Assembly (NCBI GenBank): GCA_050012755.1
Contig: JBEKGO010000030.1
Span: 1-31,746 of the forward strand
Reading direction: 5' to 3'
DNA length: 31,746 nucleotides
Source of the DNA: Candidatus Bathyarchaeia archaeon
GTDB taxonomy: Archaea > Thermoproteota > Bathyarchaeia > Bathyarchaeales > Bathycorpusculaceae
The position numbers and the translations under genes are program-made. The notes beneath the pieces were generated by a model. The model did not search any database, had not been told where the DNA came from, and saw only the letters and a program-made list of their open reading frames with translations. Shown piece after piece: positions 7,578-17,784 of this stretch. Positions within the stretch are counted from its first letter, which is position 1. Each line of letters opens with the position of its first letter.

Positions 7578-9216
7578 TTTGCATAGCATAGTTACGCAAG
7601 AACTTGAATTCCAAAGAGCCTATAAATACCGCATTAACGTATGCTGCTCAAGCGGGTGCGTCCCATTCGGAGCCTTTAAAGTTCTTAAAGCCTTCGAGGA
7701 TGCTGTCAAAGAATTTGGCGTCGACAAGGAATGTAAGGTTGCCCGTACAGGTTGTGTCGGTACCTGCGCTGTTGCTCCTGTTGTGCTTGTTGAGCCAGGT
7801 GACTACTTATACCAAAGCGTTAGCTCAGAAAGAGTGCGGGAAATAGTTCGCGACCATATCGTTTTAGGATTACCAGTAAAAGACATGCTCTACAAGAACC
7901 AAGCGTACTTCCAAAAGCAGCATCGGCTGGTCCTTCGTAACGCGGGAAAAATTGATCCTTCCAGAATTCAAGACTACATTTCAGTAGGCGGCTACTCTGC
8001 TATCGTTAAGTGTTTAGCAACTATGACTCCACAAGGAGTAATTTATGAAGTTATAACAAGCGGTCTCAGAGGACGTGGCGGTGCAGGTTTTCCAACAGGG
8101 CAGAAATGGAGTCTTGTAGCAAGAGCCCAAAACAAACCTAAGTACATAGTTGCCAACCTTGATGAGGGCGATCCAGGCGTTTTTGCTAACCGAACACTCG
8201 CTGAAGCTGATCCACACGCTATTATTGAAGGCATGCTTATTGCAGCTTACGCGACAGGTGCACAGAAAGGCTACATTTACATTCGTTCTGAATATCCACT
8301 TGCTATTCAAACCCTTCAAAAAGCCATTGTTCAAGCAAAGGCTATGACGCTTTTAGGCGAAAACATTTTGGAAACACCCTTCAAGTTTGACCTTGAACTA
8401 CGATTCGGAGCAGGGGCATTCGTTGCCGGAGAAGAAACCGCTATTTTGGCTTCAGTTGAGGGTCGCAGAGCAATGCCTCGTCCCCGTCCACCATACCCAG
8501 CTAACTCAGGCTTGTGGCAGAAACCGACGCTCATCCAGAACGTGGAAACCTTAGCTAACATCCCGCTCATTATTCAGAACGGCGGCTTGTGGTTCCAAAA
8601 ACTGGGAACACCTAAATGCAGCGGAACAAAATGCTTCTCATTAACGGGCAAAGTAAATAATCCTGGACTTATCGAAGTTCCAATGGGCATAAGCCTTAGA
8701 GAAGTCGTTTTTGAAATCGGCGGCGGAGTACCAGACGGCAAAAAATTCAAAGCAGTTCTCGTCGGCGGTCCATCAGGCGGTTGTCTCCCAGAAACACTCC
8801 TTGAATCACCAATTGACTATGACTCGTTAACAAAGGTTGGAGCAATAATGGGGTCAGGCGGCATAGTAGTACTTGATGAAGACTCATGCATGGTTGACAC
8901 TGCAAGGTTCTTCACTGAATTTTGTATTGACGAATCCTGTGGGAAATGCACCCCATGTCGAGCAGGGTTAGCACGAGTTAAGGAAGTCTTTGACAAGATT
9001 ACCCACGGTCAAGGCGAAATGACTGACATCACTACTCTAGAGAAATCCAGCGTTTTCATAAGAGAAGCCAGCCTTTGTGGTCTTGGCCAAACAGCACCAA
9101 ACCCCGTGATAACTACGCTGCGTTACTTCAAAGACGAATATGTTAAACATATTTCTGAGAAGCAGTGTGATGCTGGGAAATGTTTCAAAACTAGAGACGA
9201 GGAGGAAGAAGCATGA
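7564..9216 (+). CDS. hoxF: NuoF-like FMN/NAD-binding diaphorase subunit
   Basis: N-terminal CCSSGC and GCVGTC, GLRGRGGAGFPTG, DEGDPG, GEETA, ESCGKCTPCR and SLCGLG. Probable CTG start at 7564, 8 nt after GGAGG; the ORF track uses ATG 7543. Confidence 0.9.
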   Translation: MKLDDLHSIVTQELEFQRAYKYRINVCCSSGCVPFGAFKVLKAFEDAVKEFGVDKECKVARTGCVGTCAVAPVVLVEPGDYLYQSVSSERVREIVRDHIVLGLPVKDMLYKNQAYFQKQHRLVLRNAGKIDPSRIQDYISVGGYSAIVKCLATMTPQGVIYEVITSGLRGRGGAGFPTGQKWSLVARAQNKPKYIVANLDEGDPGVFANRTLAEADPHAIIEGMLIAAYATGAQKGYIYIRSEYPLAIQTLQKAIVQAKAMTLLGENILETPFKFDLELRFGAGAFVAGEETAILASVEGRRAMPRPRPPYPANSGLWQKPTLIQNVETLANIPLIIQNGGLWFQKLGTPKCSGTKCFSLTGKVNNPGLIEVPMGISLREVVFEIGGGVPDGKKFKAVLVGGPSGGCLPETLLESPIDYDSLTKVGAIMGSGGIVVLDEDSCMVDTARFFTEFCIDESCGKCTPCRAGLARVKEVFDKITHGQGEMTDITTLEKSSVFIREASLCGLGQTAPNPVITTLRYFKDEYVKHISEKQCDAGKCFKTRDEEEEA

Positions 9217-9920
9217 CCGTTAATCAAATCAAACTCAAGATTGACGGAGTTGACGTTACAGTTCCTGAAGGCACATCAATTTTGAAAGCAGCAAGAGATA
9301 GTGGCCTGATAATCCCAACTCTCTGCAATGTTGAAGGATTAACTGCCTATGGCGGCTGCCGATTGTGTCTTGTAGAAATTGGCGGTAACCCGAAACTTTT
9401 TTCAGCCTGTACAACCCCAGTCGGCCAAGGAATGGAAGTAATCACTCATTCTCCTAAACTGAACGAGTACCGTAAAATGGTGATACAAATGCTACTTGCT
9501 GAACGGACTCATATATGCTCGGTATGTGTAGCCAACGACCATTGTGAACTGCAAGCTATGGCAAACCAGCTTGGCGTTGACCATGTTATGTTTGAACGTA
9601 ACTGGAGTCATGACGAAGTCGATTCAACTCATGACTTTCTTGTTATTGATCGGAACAGATGCATTCTTTGTACCAGATGCATTAGGATTTGTGACCAAAT
9701 AGAAGGCGTTCACACGCTTGACCTCAAACTCCGAGGCAAAGACTCTCAGGTCATCATGGACCTTGACGAACCTTGGGGCAAATCTTGCTCCTGCACATCA
9801 TGCCGCAAATGCGCAAAAATTTGCCCAGTCGGCGCCATCTACATTGAAGGAGAACCCATTGACTACACCAAAAACAAAGATATTGCAGAGTTTATTATGA
9901 CGAGGAGGAGCCGTAAATGA
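9213..9920 (+). CDS. hoxU: NuoG-N-like Fe-S diaphorase small subunit
   Basis: IPTLC, GGCRLCLVE, HICSVC, RCILCTRCIRIC and CTSCRKCAKICP. Confidence 0.9.
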   Translation: MTVNQIKLKIDGVDVTVPEGTSILKAARDSGLIIPTLCNVEGLTAYGGCRLCLVEIGGNPKLFSACTTPVGQGMEVITHSPKLNEYRKMVIQMLLAERTHICSVCVANDHCELQAMANQLGVDHVMFERNWSHDEVDSTHDFLVIDRNRCILCTRCIRICDQIEGVHTLDLKLRGKDSQVIMDLDEPWGKSCSCTSCRKCAKICPVGAIYIEGEPIDYTKNKDIAEFIMTRRSRK

Positions 9921-10459
9921 CCGCAGACGCCAAAGTTAGGGTAGCAACTGTTTGGCTCAGCGGCTGCTCAGGATGCCACATGTCCTTCCTTGACCAAGAC
10001 GAACGGCTTATTGATTTAGCTAAAAAAATAACTTTGGTTTACAGTCCTATCGCGGACATTAAAGAATTCCCAGAAAACGTAGACGTCACGCTCATCGAAG
10101 GTGCCGTTGCAAATGACGAGCAACTTGCAATGTTAAGGAAAGTTAGAGCAAGAACAAAAATCCTTATTTCGCTAGGCGACTGCGCCACAACCGGAAACGT
10201 TACCGCTCTGCGAAATTCATGGCGACACAGTGACCAAGCGGTTCTGGAGCGGGCATACAAAGATCCGTCCGACTTAAACGCTGCCATCCCCACTGCCGTG
10301 CCTAAACTGCTCATCCATGCTCGTCCATTGCATGAAATGGTTAAGGTTGACTTTTTTATTCCAGGGTGTCCACCGCCTGCAGACCTCATAAATTATGTGT
10401 TAACTGAATTGTTGGTTGGGCGAACACCAGTTATGGAGGGAAGATCAAAATATGGTTAA
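9917..10459 (+). CDS. hoxY: [NiFe] hydrogenase small subunit, short one-cluster type
   Basis: ATVWLSGCSGCHMSFLD, GDCA and PGCPP in a 180-aa protein. Confidence 0.9.
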   Translation: MTADAKVRVATVWLSGCSGCHMSFLDQDERLIDLAKKITLVYSPIADIKEFPENVDVTLIEGAVANDEQLAMLRKVRARTKILISLGDCATTGNVTALRNSWRHSDQAVLERAYKDPSDLNAAIPTAVPKLLIHARPLHEMVKVDFFIPGCPPPADLINYVLTELLVGRTPVMEGRSKYG

Positions 10460-11894
10460 AGTGCAAACAGAAAAGAAAATTTCTATCAGCCCAGTCTCTC
10501 GCATTGAAGGGCATGCTCAAGTAACCATTTTGCTTAACGAGGATGACTCAGTAAAAGAAGCACTATTCAAAGTAGTTGATTTCCGCGGATTCGAAAAATT
10601 CACTGAAGGCAGACCATTCTACGAGATGCCAAGCATAACATCAAGAGCCTGCGGCATCTGCCCAGTCAGCCACCTATTAGCTTCAGCCAAAGCATGTGAC
10701 GCGATCGTCGGGGTAAACCCGCCAAAAACAGCCATAATGCTAAGACGCTTAATGCATATGGGACAACTAATCCAATCACACGCCTTAAACTTCTTCCATC
10801 TCTCATCACCCGACCTACTACTAGGATTCGACTCTGATCCAGCGCAAAGAAACATTTTCGGCTTAATCGAAAAGCAGCCTGAACTAGCCATGCGAGGCAT
10901 AAAACTCCGCAATTACGGACAAGAAATAATCGAAAAAATCGCCGGTAAACGCATTCACTCAAGCGAATGGATACTGCCAGGCGGCGCAAAATGGCCACTT
11001 ACAGCGGAAAGAGCCGACTACCTTCGCGCCAATCTGCCTGCAGCACTAGAGAGCACTCAGGAAACGTTGTCAATGTACAAGAAAATGCTGGATGGGTTTG
11101 AGGAAGAAATTGAAAACTTCGGCAATTTCCCAAGCTACTACATGGGTTTAGTTACGGGTAATGGAGGGCTCGAACATTATGACGGCACACTTACTATCGT
11201 TGATAATAGAGGCAAAGTTGTTGCACAATGCGTTGACCCAACAACATATCAAGCATTCATAGGTGAAGCTGTTGAATCTTGGTCTTTCATGAAGTTTCCA
11301 TACTTCAAATCAGTCGGGTATCCAGACGGCGCATATAGGGTTGGACCATTAGCAAGACTTAATGTCGCTTCTCACTGTGATACAAATCTTGCAGACCAAG
11401 AGCTCAAAGAATTCAAGAGGCTAGGCAAAAACGGGATTGTGCAGAGCACATTTCACTATCACTATGCTCGATTGATTGAACTGCTGTTCTGCCTTGAAAC
11501 GGCTAAGAATCTGCTTGAAGACCCAGAAATTCTCTCTGAACATGTTACATCAAAAGCTCTCGTCAACAACTACGAAGGTGTCGGAGTGGCTGAAGCCCCC
11601 AGAGGCACACTGATTCACCACTACAAGGTTGACGCACAGGGCATAATAACATGGAACAACATGATAATTGCAACAGAACACAATAACATCGCCTACAACA
11701 TGGCAATAACGCAAGTAGCCAAAAAATATGTCAAAGCAAAACAACTTGAAGAAGGTATGCTAAACCGTGTAGAAGCGGTCATACGCGCCTTCGACCCATG
11801 CCTAAGCTGTGCCACACACGCAATCGGCAAAATGCCCTTAGAAATAAAACTGTTTAATTCAGATGGCAAAATAATTGACTGCAAAATAAGATAA
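10452..11894 (+). CDS. hoxH: [NiFe] hydrogenase large subunit (group 3d-like)
   Basis: RIEGH, L1 motif [15 protein letters not shown], and L2 motif DPCLSCATH followed by a cleavable extension. Confidence 0.9.
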   Translation: MVKVQTEKKISISPVSRIEGHAQVTILLNEDDSVKEALFKVVDFRGFEKFTEGRPFYEMPSITSRACGICPVSHLLASAKACDAIVGVNPPKTAIMLRRLMHMGQLIQSHALNFFHLSSPDLLLGFDSDPAQRNIFGLIEKQPELAMRGIKLRNYGQEIIEKIAGKRIHSSEWILPGGAKWPLTAERADYLRANLPAALESTQETLSMYKKMLDGFEEEIENFGNFPSYYMGLVTGNGGLEHYDGTLTIVDNRGKVVAQCVDPTTYQAFIGEAVESWSFMKFPYFKSVGYPDGAYRVGPLARLNVASHCDTNLADQELKEFKRLGKNGIVQSTFHYHYARLIELLFCLETAKNLLEDPEILSEHVTSKALVNNYEGVGVAEAPRGTLIHHYKVDAQGIITWNNMIIATEHNNIAYNMAITQVAKKYVKAKQLEEGMLNRVEAVIRAFDPCLSCATHAIGKMPLEIKLFNSDGKIIDCKIR

Positions 11895-11897
11895 ATC

Positions 11898-11921
11898 CTT
11901 TTTTATTTTGCTTTTTTTTTT
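11898..11921 (+). terminator. Oligo-T terminator after hoxH
   Basis: Long T tracts immediately after the stop codon. Confidence 0.55.
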
Positions 11922-12151
11922 CATATTAAGCTAATAGAGAAACGCATTAACTGATATTGTTCAGAAACTCCTAAGTCGATATAGCAGCAACAAACCCTAA
12001 TTATCCTCAAAAACAACATATTTTCAGTAACCTTCCCATGGAAATGTTATAGTTCACATGGAAGAACACCTAAGACTTTAGTGAAGATTTATGTATTTGT
12101 ATAGGGAATTCAAAAAGTAAAATAAGCTATTACCTGAGGAAAGTGAACAAT

Positions 12152-12712
12152 TTGACTGTGCCAGCTTCAACAACTCCATCAGGCAAAGAGCCGATAAAAG
12201 CTTCTGAGCTAGATCCCAAATTCAAGTATGAACTCTTAAAAATACATGGAAGCGAAAAAATACTCAAATGTTTTCAGTGCGGAACATGCACCTCCGATTG
12301 CCCGGTTGCAAGATACAGCGACAGTTACCGCCCAAGAACTTTAATCCACATGGCTCAACTTGGCCTTAGAGACCGGGTGCTGAAAAGCGACACATTATGG
12401 TTATGCGCAGCCTGTTTCACATGCACAGATCGATGTCCACAAGACGTTGAAGTAGCTAATGTTATTCGGGTCTTTCGAAATTTAGCCGTTGAAAGCGGCT
12501 GCATACCTCAAGTATTCAAAGACCAAACTGCATCCCTGCTTGAATCAGGTTACGCTTACAAGATTCCCGAGCTAAGGGTAAAAAAACGTGAATCCCAATG
12601 TTTGCCGCCGCTTCCAAAAGGCAACCCCGAAAATGTGCGAAAAGTGCTGAAAGGCGTAAAATTCGTTGAAACCGTCCAGAAACCAGCAGGAGGACAACCA
12701 GCTGGCCAATAA
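12152..12712 (+). CDS. hdrC: Heterodisulfide reductase subunit C
   Basis: CFQCGTCTSDCP and WLCAACFTCTDRCP. Start is TTG 12152 or GTG 12143. Confidence 0.9.
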   Translation: MTVPASTTPSGKEPIKASELDPKFKYELLKIHGSEKILKCFQCGTCTSDCPVARYSDSYRPRTLIHMAQLGLRDRVLKSDTLWLCAACFTCTDRCPQDVEVANVIRVFRNLAVESGCIPQVFKDQTASLLESGYAYKIPELRVKKRESQCLPPLPKGNPENVRKVLKGVKFVETVQKPAGGQPAGQ

Positions 12713-13595
12713 ATACCTAATTTTTCTCGGATGTGCTATTCCTTACCGTGTTTCAGCCTACGAAATTTCCGCTCGCAAAGTCCTTGCAAAACTCGGCGTT
12801 GAATTGGTTGAAATGCCTGAATTCAACTGCTGTGGTTTGCCATTAGATCCAGTCAGTCATGAAATGATGCTTATTTTAGCAGCAAAAAACTTGGCGATGG
12901 GGGAGCAAATAGGCTTAAACATTCTGACGCTTTGTCCAGGTTGCGCTGGTACATTAAAGAAAGTTAATAAAACTCTAAAAGAGGATAAAGCTCTGAAAGA
13001 GCAAATTAATGGTCACCTCAAAGAAGTAGGATTAGAATTCAAAGGAACCATTGAAACAAAACATCTCCTTCAAATGTTAAAAGAAGATGTTGGAGTAGAA
13101 AAAATTAAAGCATCTGTTGTAAAGCCGCTTACTATGCTTAAAGTCGCTGAACACAACGGCTGCCACATCTTAAGACCTAAAGAATACATTGGCTTTGACG
13201 ACCCTGAAGATCCACAAACACTAAAAATGCTCATCGAAGCCACTGGCGCCACATGCCTAGATTACATCGACGAAACAGAATGTTGCGGAGCACCAAGCGT
13301 CGGAGTCAGCGACAAAATCGCCTTACAACTAGCCAGAGACAAACTAAGTCACGTTAAAATGGTTGAGGCTCAAGCGTTAATCACAATTTGCCCATTTTGC
13401 CATATTATGTATGATACAAATGAGTTGCGGATAGAGAAAATGTTTAGTGAAGTCTATGGCATCCCGATTCTCCATTACCCACAACTGCTCGGGTTAGCGA
13501 TGGGTTTAACACCAGAAGAATTAGCCTTCAACGAACTCCGAGTCAACGCATCAAAAATACTAAAACAGATAGCTGAGGAAGGCAACAAGCAATGA
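12702..13595 (+). CDS. hdrB: Heterodisulfide reductase subunit B
   Basis: Two CCG domains: FLGC/NCCG/CPGC and HNGCH/ECCG/CPFC. Probable CTG start 8 nt after GGAGG. Confidence 0.92.
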   Translation: MANKYLIFLGCAIPYRVSAYEISARKVLAKLGVELVEMPEFNCCGLPLDPVSHEMMLILAAKNLAMGEQIGLNILTLCPGCAGTLKKVNKTLKEDKALKEQINGHLKEVGLEFKGTIETKHLLQMLKEDVGVEKIKASVVKPLTMLKVAEHNGCHILRPKEYIGFDDPEDPQTLKMLIEATGATCLDYIDETECCGAPSVGVSDKIALQLARDKLSHVKMVEAQALITICPFCHIMYDTNELRIEKMFSEVYGIPILHYPQLLGLAMGLTPEELAFNELRVNASKILKQIAEEGNKQ

Positions 13596-14581
13596 GCAAA
13601 AACAAATTAAAAATAGCGTTTTACTGGGCTGCAAGCTGCGGCGGCTGCGAAATAGCCGTTTTAGACTTAAATGAAAAAATCCTTGATGTAGTACAATTAG
13701 CCGACATTGTTTTTTGGCCAGTAGCCATCGACATCAAATACAAAGATGTTGAAGCAATGCCTGAAAAATCCATTGATATAACATTCTTTAACGGTTCAAT
13801 ACGCAATTCAGAGCAAGAACACATGGCAAAGGTTTTGAGAGAAAAATCAAAAACTCTGGTTGCTTTCGGTTCATGCGCTCACCAAGGAAGCGTGCCTGGA
13901 CTAGCAAACTTAAATGACAAGAAAGAAATTTTCGATCAAGTTTACATAAAAGACAAATCAAACATTAACCCACAAGCAACTACGCCAAAAACTCAAACTC
14001 AAGTGAAAGAAGGCACACTTAGAATTCCAGAATTCTACGACACGGTAAAGACCCTAGCACAAACAGTCGACGTCGACTATTACTTGCCCGGTTGCCCGCC
14101 ACCAGTCAAACTAATTGCTGCCGCAGTAGATGCGATAGCAAGCAACAAACTGCCCCCGAAAGGCTCAGTTCTCGCACCGCTCAAAGCAGTATGCGACGAA
14201 TGCCCAAGAAAACGGGAAAACAAAAAAATCGACAAAATCTACCGAGTCTACGATAAAGCTCCTGAACCAGAAAAATGTCTACTTGAACAAGGTATCCTCT
14301 GCTTAGGACTTGCCACTAGAAGCGGATGCGGCGCTCAATGCTTAAACGTTGACATGCCATGCACAGGATGCGGTGGACCAGCTCCAAACGTGCCTGAGCA
14401 AGGAGCGGCAATGATTAGCGCTTTAGCATCTATACTTGGATACGAAGGCGAACCTGGCAAAGCAAATTACACTGAGAAAGAGATTGAAGAACTGCTCAGT
14501 CAAGTCAAAGACCCAGTTGGAACATTCTATATGTATAGTTTACCTGCTTCAATTCTGAAAAGAAAAGTGATCAGAAAATGA
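13592..14581 (+). CDS. mvhG: F420-non-reducing (group 3c) hydrogenase small subunit
   Basis: YWAASCGGCE, FGSCA, PGCPP, VCDEC, CLLEQGILCLG, CGAQC and PCTGC. Confidence 0.9.
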   Translation: MSKNKLKIAFYWAASCGGCEIAVLDLNEKILDVVQLADIVFWPVAIDIKYKDVEAMPEKSIDITFFNGSIRNSEQEHMAKVLREKSKTLVAFGSCAHQGSVPGLANLNDKKEIFDQVYIKDKSNINPQATTPKTQTQVKEGTLRIPEFYDTVKTLAQTVDVDYYLPGCPPPVKLIAAAVDAIASNKLPPKGSVLAPLKAVCDECPRKRENKKIDKIYRVYDKAPEPEKCLLEQGILCLGLATRSGCGAQCLNVDMPCTGCGGPAPNVPEQGAAMISALASILGYEGEPGKANYTEKEIEELLSQVKDPVGTFYMYSLPASILKRKVIRK

Positions 14582-16050
14582 AAGAAATTGTTATAGATCC
14601 AATTACGCGTCTTGAAGGACATGGAAACGTATCCATATTCCTAAATGACAAAGGCGAAGTAGAAAACGCGTATCTTAAAATTCCTGAACTAAGAGGATTC
14701 GAGAAATTCTGCATTGGCAGAAGAGCCGAACTCATGCCTCAGTTAACCACAAGAATTTGCGGTGTCTGCCCAGTCGCTCATCACTTTGCAGCAACAAAAG
14801 CCCTAGACGCAGCCTTCAACGTTGAACCGCCATCAGCAGCAAAGAAACTGCGCGAACTCATGTACAGCGCCTACTTCATCTATGATCACACTTTGCACTT
14901 CTATTATCTCGGTGGACCAGACTTCATTGTTGGACCGGATGCACCGCCAGAAAAACGCAACATCCTCGGCGTTATCGAAAAAGCAGGCATGCCAGTTGCA
15001 AAAGAAGTCATAAAACACAGAGCTTACGGCCAAAAAATGACTGAAATCATCGGGGGAAAAGCAACCCACCCAGTCTGTGGATTACCTGGCGGAATTTCCA
15101 AATCACTAACTGAGACCAACAGGCAAGAAATCGAAACAATGGCAACTTCATGCGTAGGCTTCGCCCAGTTCACGCTAAAACTTTTCCATGACATTGTTTT
15201 AGGCAACACCAAATACCTTAACATGATCAAGAGCCAAGCCTATACCATGCCCACCTACTACATGGGCACTGTTGACCAAAACAACAAAGTCAACTTTTAC
15301 GACGGCAAAATCCGCGTTGTTGACCCATCGGGCAAAGAATTTCTAAAGTTCGAATCGAAAGATTACCTCAAACACATCGGAGAACACGTTGAAGAATGGA
15401 CATACAGCAAATTCCCTTACCTAAAAGCAGTCGGTTGGAAAGGACAAGTTCCGGGAAAAGACAGCGGCATCTACCGCGTCGGTCCATTGGCACGATTAAA
15501 TGCTTCAGATGGTATGGCAACAACGCTTGCACAAGCAGAATACGAAGTTATGTACAAGACGCTTGGCGGCAAACCAGTCCACAGCACCTTGGCTTTCCAC
15601 TGGGCGCGGCTAATTGAGCTTCTTTATGCAACTGAAAGAGCAATGGAGTTGGTTAAAGATCCAGAAATCACCAGTACAAATGTCCGTAACCAGCCAGGCG
15701 AACCAGGCGAAGGCGTCGGCATCACAGAAGCAGCAAGAGGCACACTCATCCACCACTACACGTTAGACAAAGATGCGCTTGTCAAAGACGTAAACCTGAT
15801 TGTTGCAACAACAAACAATTACCCAGCAATCTGCATGAGCATACGCGACGCAGCAAAAGGCTTAATCCACAACGGAAAAATTGACCAAGGCATACTCAAC
15901 ATGGTTGAAATGGCTTTCCGAGCTTACGACCCATGCTTCGGATGCGCAACACACGTTGCAATCGGGCAAATGCCACTAACCTTAGAAGTCTTCAACGCCC
16001 AAAAACAATTAGTCAGCACTGTAAGCCGTTGGATTAGCCATTTTTCCTAA
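14578..16050 (+). CDS. mvhA: F420-non-reducing (group 3c) hydrogenase large subunit
   Basis: IDPITRLEGH, RICGVCPVAH, EAARG and DPCFGCATH. Cys form, with no in-frame UGA. Confidence 0.9.
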   Translation: MKEIVIDPITRLEGHGNVSIFLNDKGEVENAYLKIPELRGFEKFCIGRRAELMPQLTTRICGVCPVAHHFAATKALDAAFNVEPPSAAKKLRELMYSAYFIYDHTLHFYYLGGPDFIVGPDAPPEKRNILGVIEKAGMPVAKEVIKHRAYGQKMTEIIGGKATHPVCGLPGGISKSLTETNRQEIETMATSCVGFAQFTLKLFHDIVLGNTKYLNMIKSQAYTMPTYYMGTVDQNNKVNFYDGKIRVVDPSGKEFLKFESKDYLKHIGEHVEEWTYSKFPYLKAVGWKGQVPGKDSGIYRVGPLARLNASDGMATTLAQAEYEVMYKTLGGKPVHSTLAFHWARLIELLYATERAMELVKDPEITSTNVRNQPGEPGEGVGITEAARGTLIHHYTLDKDALVKDVNLIVATTNNYPAICMSIRDAAKGLIHNGKIDQGILNMVEMAFRAYDPCFGCATHVAIGQMPLTLEVFNAQKQLVSTVSRWISHFS

Positions 16051-16147
16051 GGGCAACTTTTTCATTTTTTAATTCTAGCTTAGTTTTTGTCACAGCAAGT
16101 TTTATATTTAATTTCCTTTGACTACAGCTCTGCTGATGTGATTAAAT

Positions 16148-16621
16148 TTGAAGAGTCTTGTTGTTTATTATTCCCGAACAGGTAACGCGCGATTTGTTGC
16201 CGAAACTATAGCGACAGAAGTCGGTGCTGACATCGAAGAAGTTATCGACCTAAAGAAACGAAGTGGTCCGATTGGTTTTTTCAGTGGCGGTTCTGATGCA
16301 AGAAGAGGCAAAGAAACTGAAATATCACCAACCACAAAATCACACTCTGACTACGATCTCGTTATCGTTGGAACCCCTGTTTGGGCTAGTAGACCAAGCC
16401 CTGCTATTGTCACCTATCTGAAGAAGAATGACCTTTCAGGAAAGAAAGTTGCCCTTTTCTTCACCCGTTCAGGCAAAAAACCTACGGCTTTCGACGAGAC
16501 TAAAGCTTTAATTCCAAATTCTAACTTTATTGGTCAACTCTCATTGATTAACCCTTTAGCTACCAAAGATGAATCTGAAAAACAAATCAGAACTTGGTGT
16601 AAAACACTAACAGAGGCTTAG
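16148..16621 (+). CDS. Flavodoxin family protein
   Basis: YYSRTGNA FMN loop and VIVGTPVW. Confidence 0.85.
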   Translation: MKSLVVYYSRTGNARFVAETIATEVGADIEEVIDLKKRSGPIGFFSGGSDARRGKETEISPTTKSHSDYDLVIVGTPVWASRPSPAIVTYLKKNDLSGKKVALFFTRSGKKPTAFDETKALIPNSNFIGQLSLINPLATKDESEKQIRTWCKTLTEA

Positions 16622-16733
16622 TTACCGAGGATTCCGCAATTGTTTTACGGTAAACTTTTGAAAACCCTAACATTTCAGGGTAAACCCTTATGTGAGTACA
16701 GAGCTCTTCCTAATCTTGTACGTTGGATGTGAA

Positions 16734-17093
16734 ATGCAACCGCAACCACCTAACCCCGAACATAAAAGAATGAAACGCGAGAAAAAAACCATAGGGTACA
16801 TGGTCGAAATCTACTGCAAAGGCCACCACAAAACACATGGCAAATTATGCCCCGAATGCACGGAATTCAAAGAATACGCGTTTATGCGCCTTGACAAATG
16901 TCCTTTCCAAGACAAAAAAAGCACATGCGGCAAATGCATAATTCACTGCTACCGCCCGGACATGAAAGAAAAAGCAAAGAAAGTGATGCGTTATTCAGGT
17001 CCACGCATGCTTGTGCATCACCCGGGTTTAGCGTTGCATCATGCTTGGGATAGCCATCGAAAGCCTCCACACCTTGCCAAGAAAGCAAACTAG
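16734..17093 (+). CDS. YgbA / nitrous oxide-stimulated promoter family Cys-rich protein
   Basis: REKKTI, YC, LCPEC, RLDKCP, KSTCGKCIIHCY and VMRYSGPRM. Confidence 0.85.
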   Translation: MQPQPPNPEHKRMKREKKTIGYMVEIYCKGHHKTHGKLCPECTEFKEYAFMRLDKCPFQDKKSTCGKCIIHCYRPDMKEKAKKVMRYSGPRMLVHHPGLALHHAWDSHRKPPHLAKKAN

Positions 17094-17197
17094 CGCCTGT
17101 ACATCCCTCAGCAATAATTTTAATCCCCATCTTTAGCGATGTAAATGGCAAACTTTTTCTAACTTCAACATTTAATTAATTCTTAATTGGTAGTTCC

Positions 17198-17683
17198 ATG
17201 GCAAATGAAATCAAAAAAGAGCTTGAAAACTGGTTTAGTAGTGCGAAAAGAATTGTCTTAGCAGGGATTGGCAACCCAATTCGAACGGACGATTACTTAG
17301 GATTAAAAATAATCGAACAATTGAAAAGTAAATTGCCAGCAACCGTTCTTTTGCTCGAAGCTGAAACAGTCCCAGAAAGCTACCTCTTAGACATAGAGGA
17401 GTTTAAGCCCACGCATGTGCTACTTATCGATGCTGCCAGTTTAGGTTTACATCCTGGAGAGGCTATTCTTGTTGATGCCGAACAAATCGCGGATTACCCT
17501 GCTATAACGACTCATCTGTTGCCTCTGAACATTTTTTGCGAGTATGTTAGGCAGACGACTGGAGCAAAAATTGCTTTGCTATTGGTTGAACCGAAGAGTA
17601 TGGAATTCGGTGAAGGCTTAACCTTGGAAGTTCAAGCGGCGGCGGAACGATTAACAAAAATATTGGCTGAATTGCTTGGTTAA
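17198..17683 (+). CDS. Hydrogenase maturation endopeptidase (HycI-like)
   Basis: GIGNPIRTDD, ETVPE, LIDAA and TTHLLPL. Confidence 0.88.
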   Translation: MANEIKKELENWFSSAKRIVLAGIGNPIRTDDYLGLKIIEQLKSKLPATVLLLEAETVPESYLLDIEEFKPTHVLLIDAASLGLHPGEAILVDAEQIADYPAITTHLLPLNIFCEYVRQTTGAKIALLLVEPKSMEFGEGLTLEVQAAAERLTKILAELLG

Positions 17684-17784
17684 CCTTCTTTTCTTTTAAA
17701 AAATGTGATTGATGCATTGCAACAACTGTAGTCAAGTTATGTTAATTAGCCAGTTTTCAATTAGGCTTAACTGTGAAGAATGTT

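Noticed and set aside
10452-16050. Selenocysteine or pyrrolysine recoding in the hydrogenase and Hdr genes
   Set aside because: All ligand positions are Cys and there are no in-frame stops.
16020-16050. MvhA tail WISHFS, possibly from a lost stop codon
   Set aside because: It lies in the proteolytically removed extension, so it is probably inconsequential.
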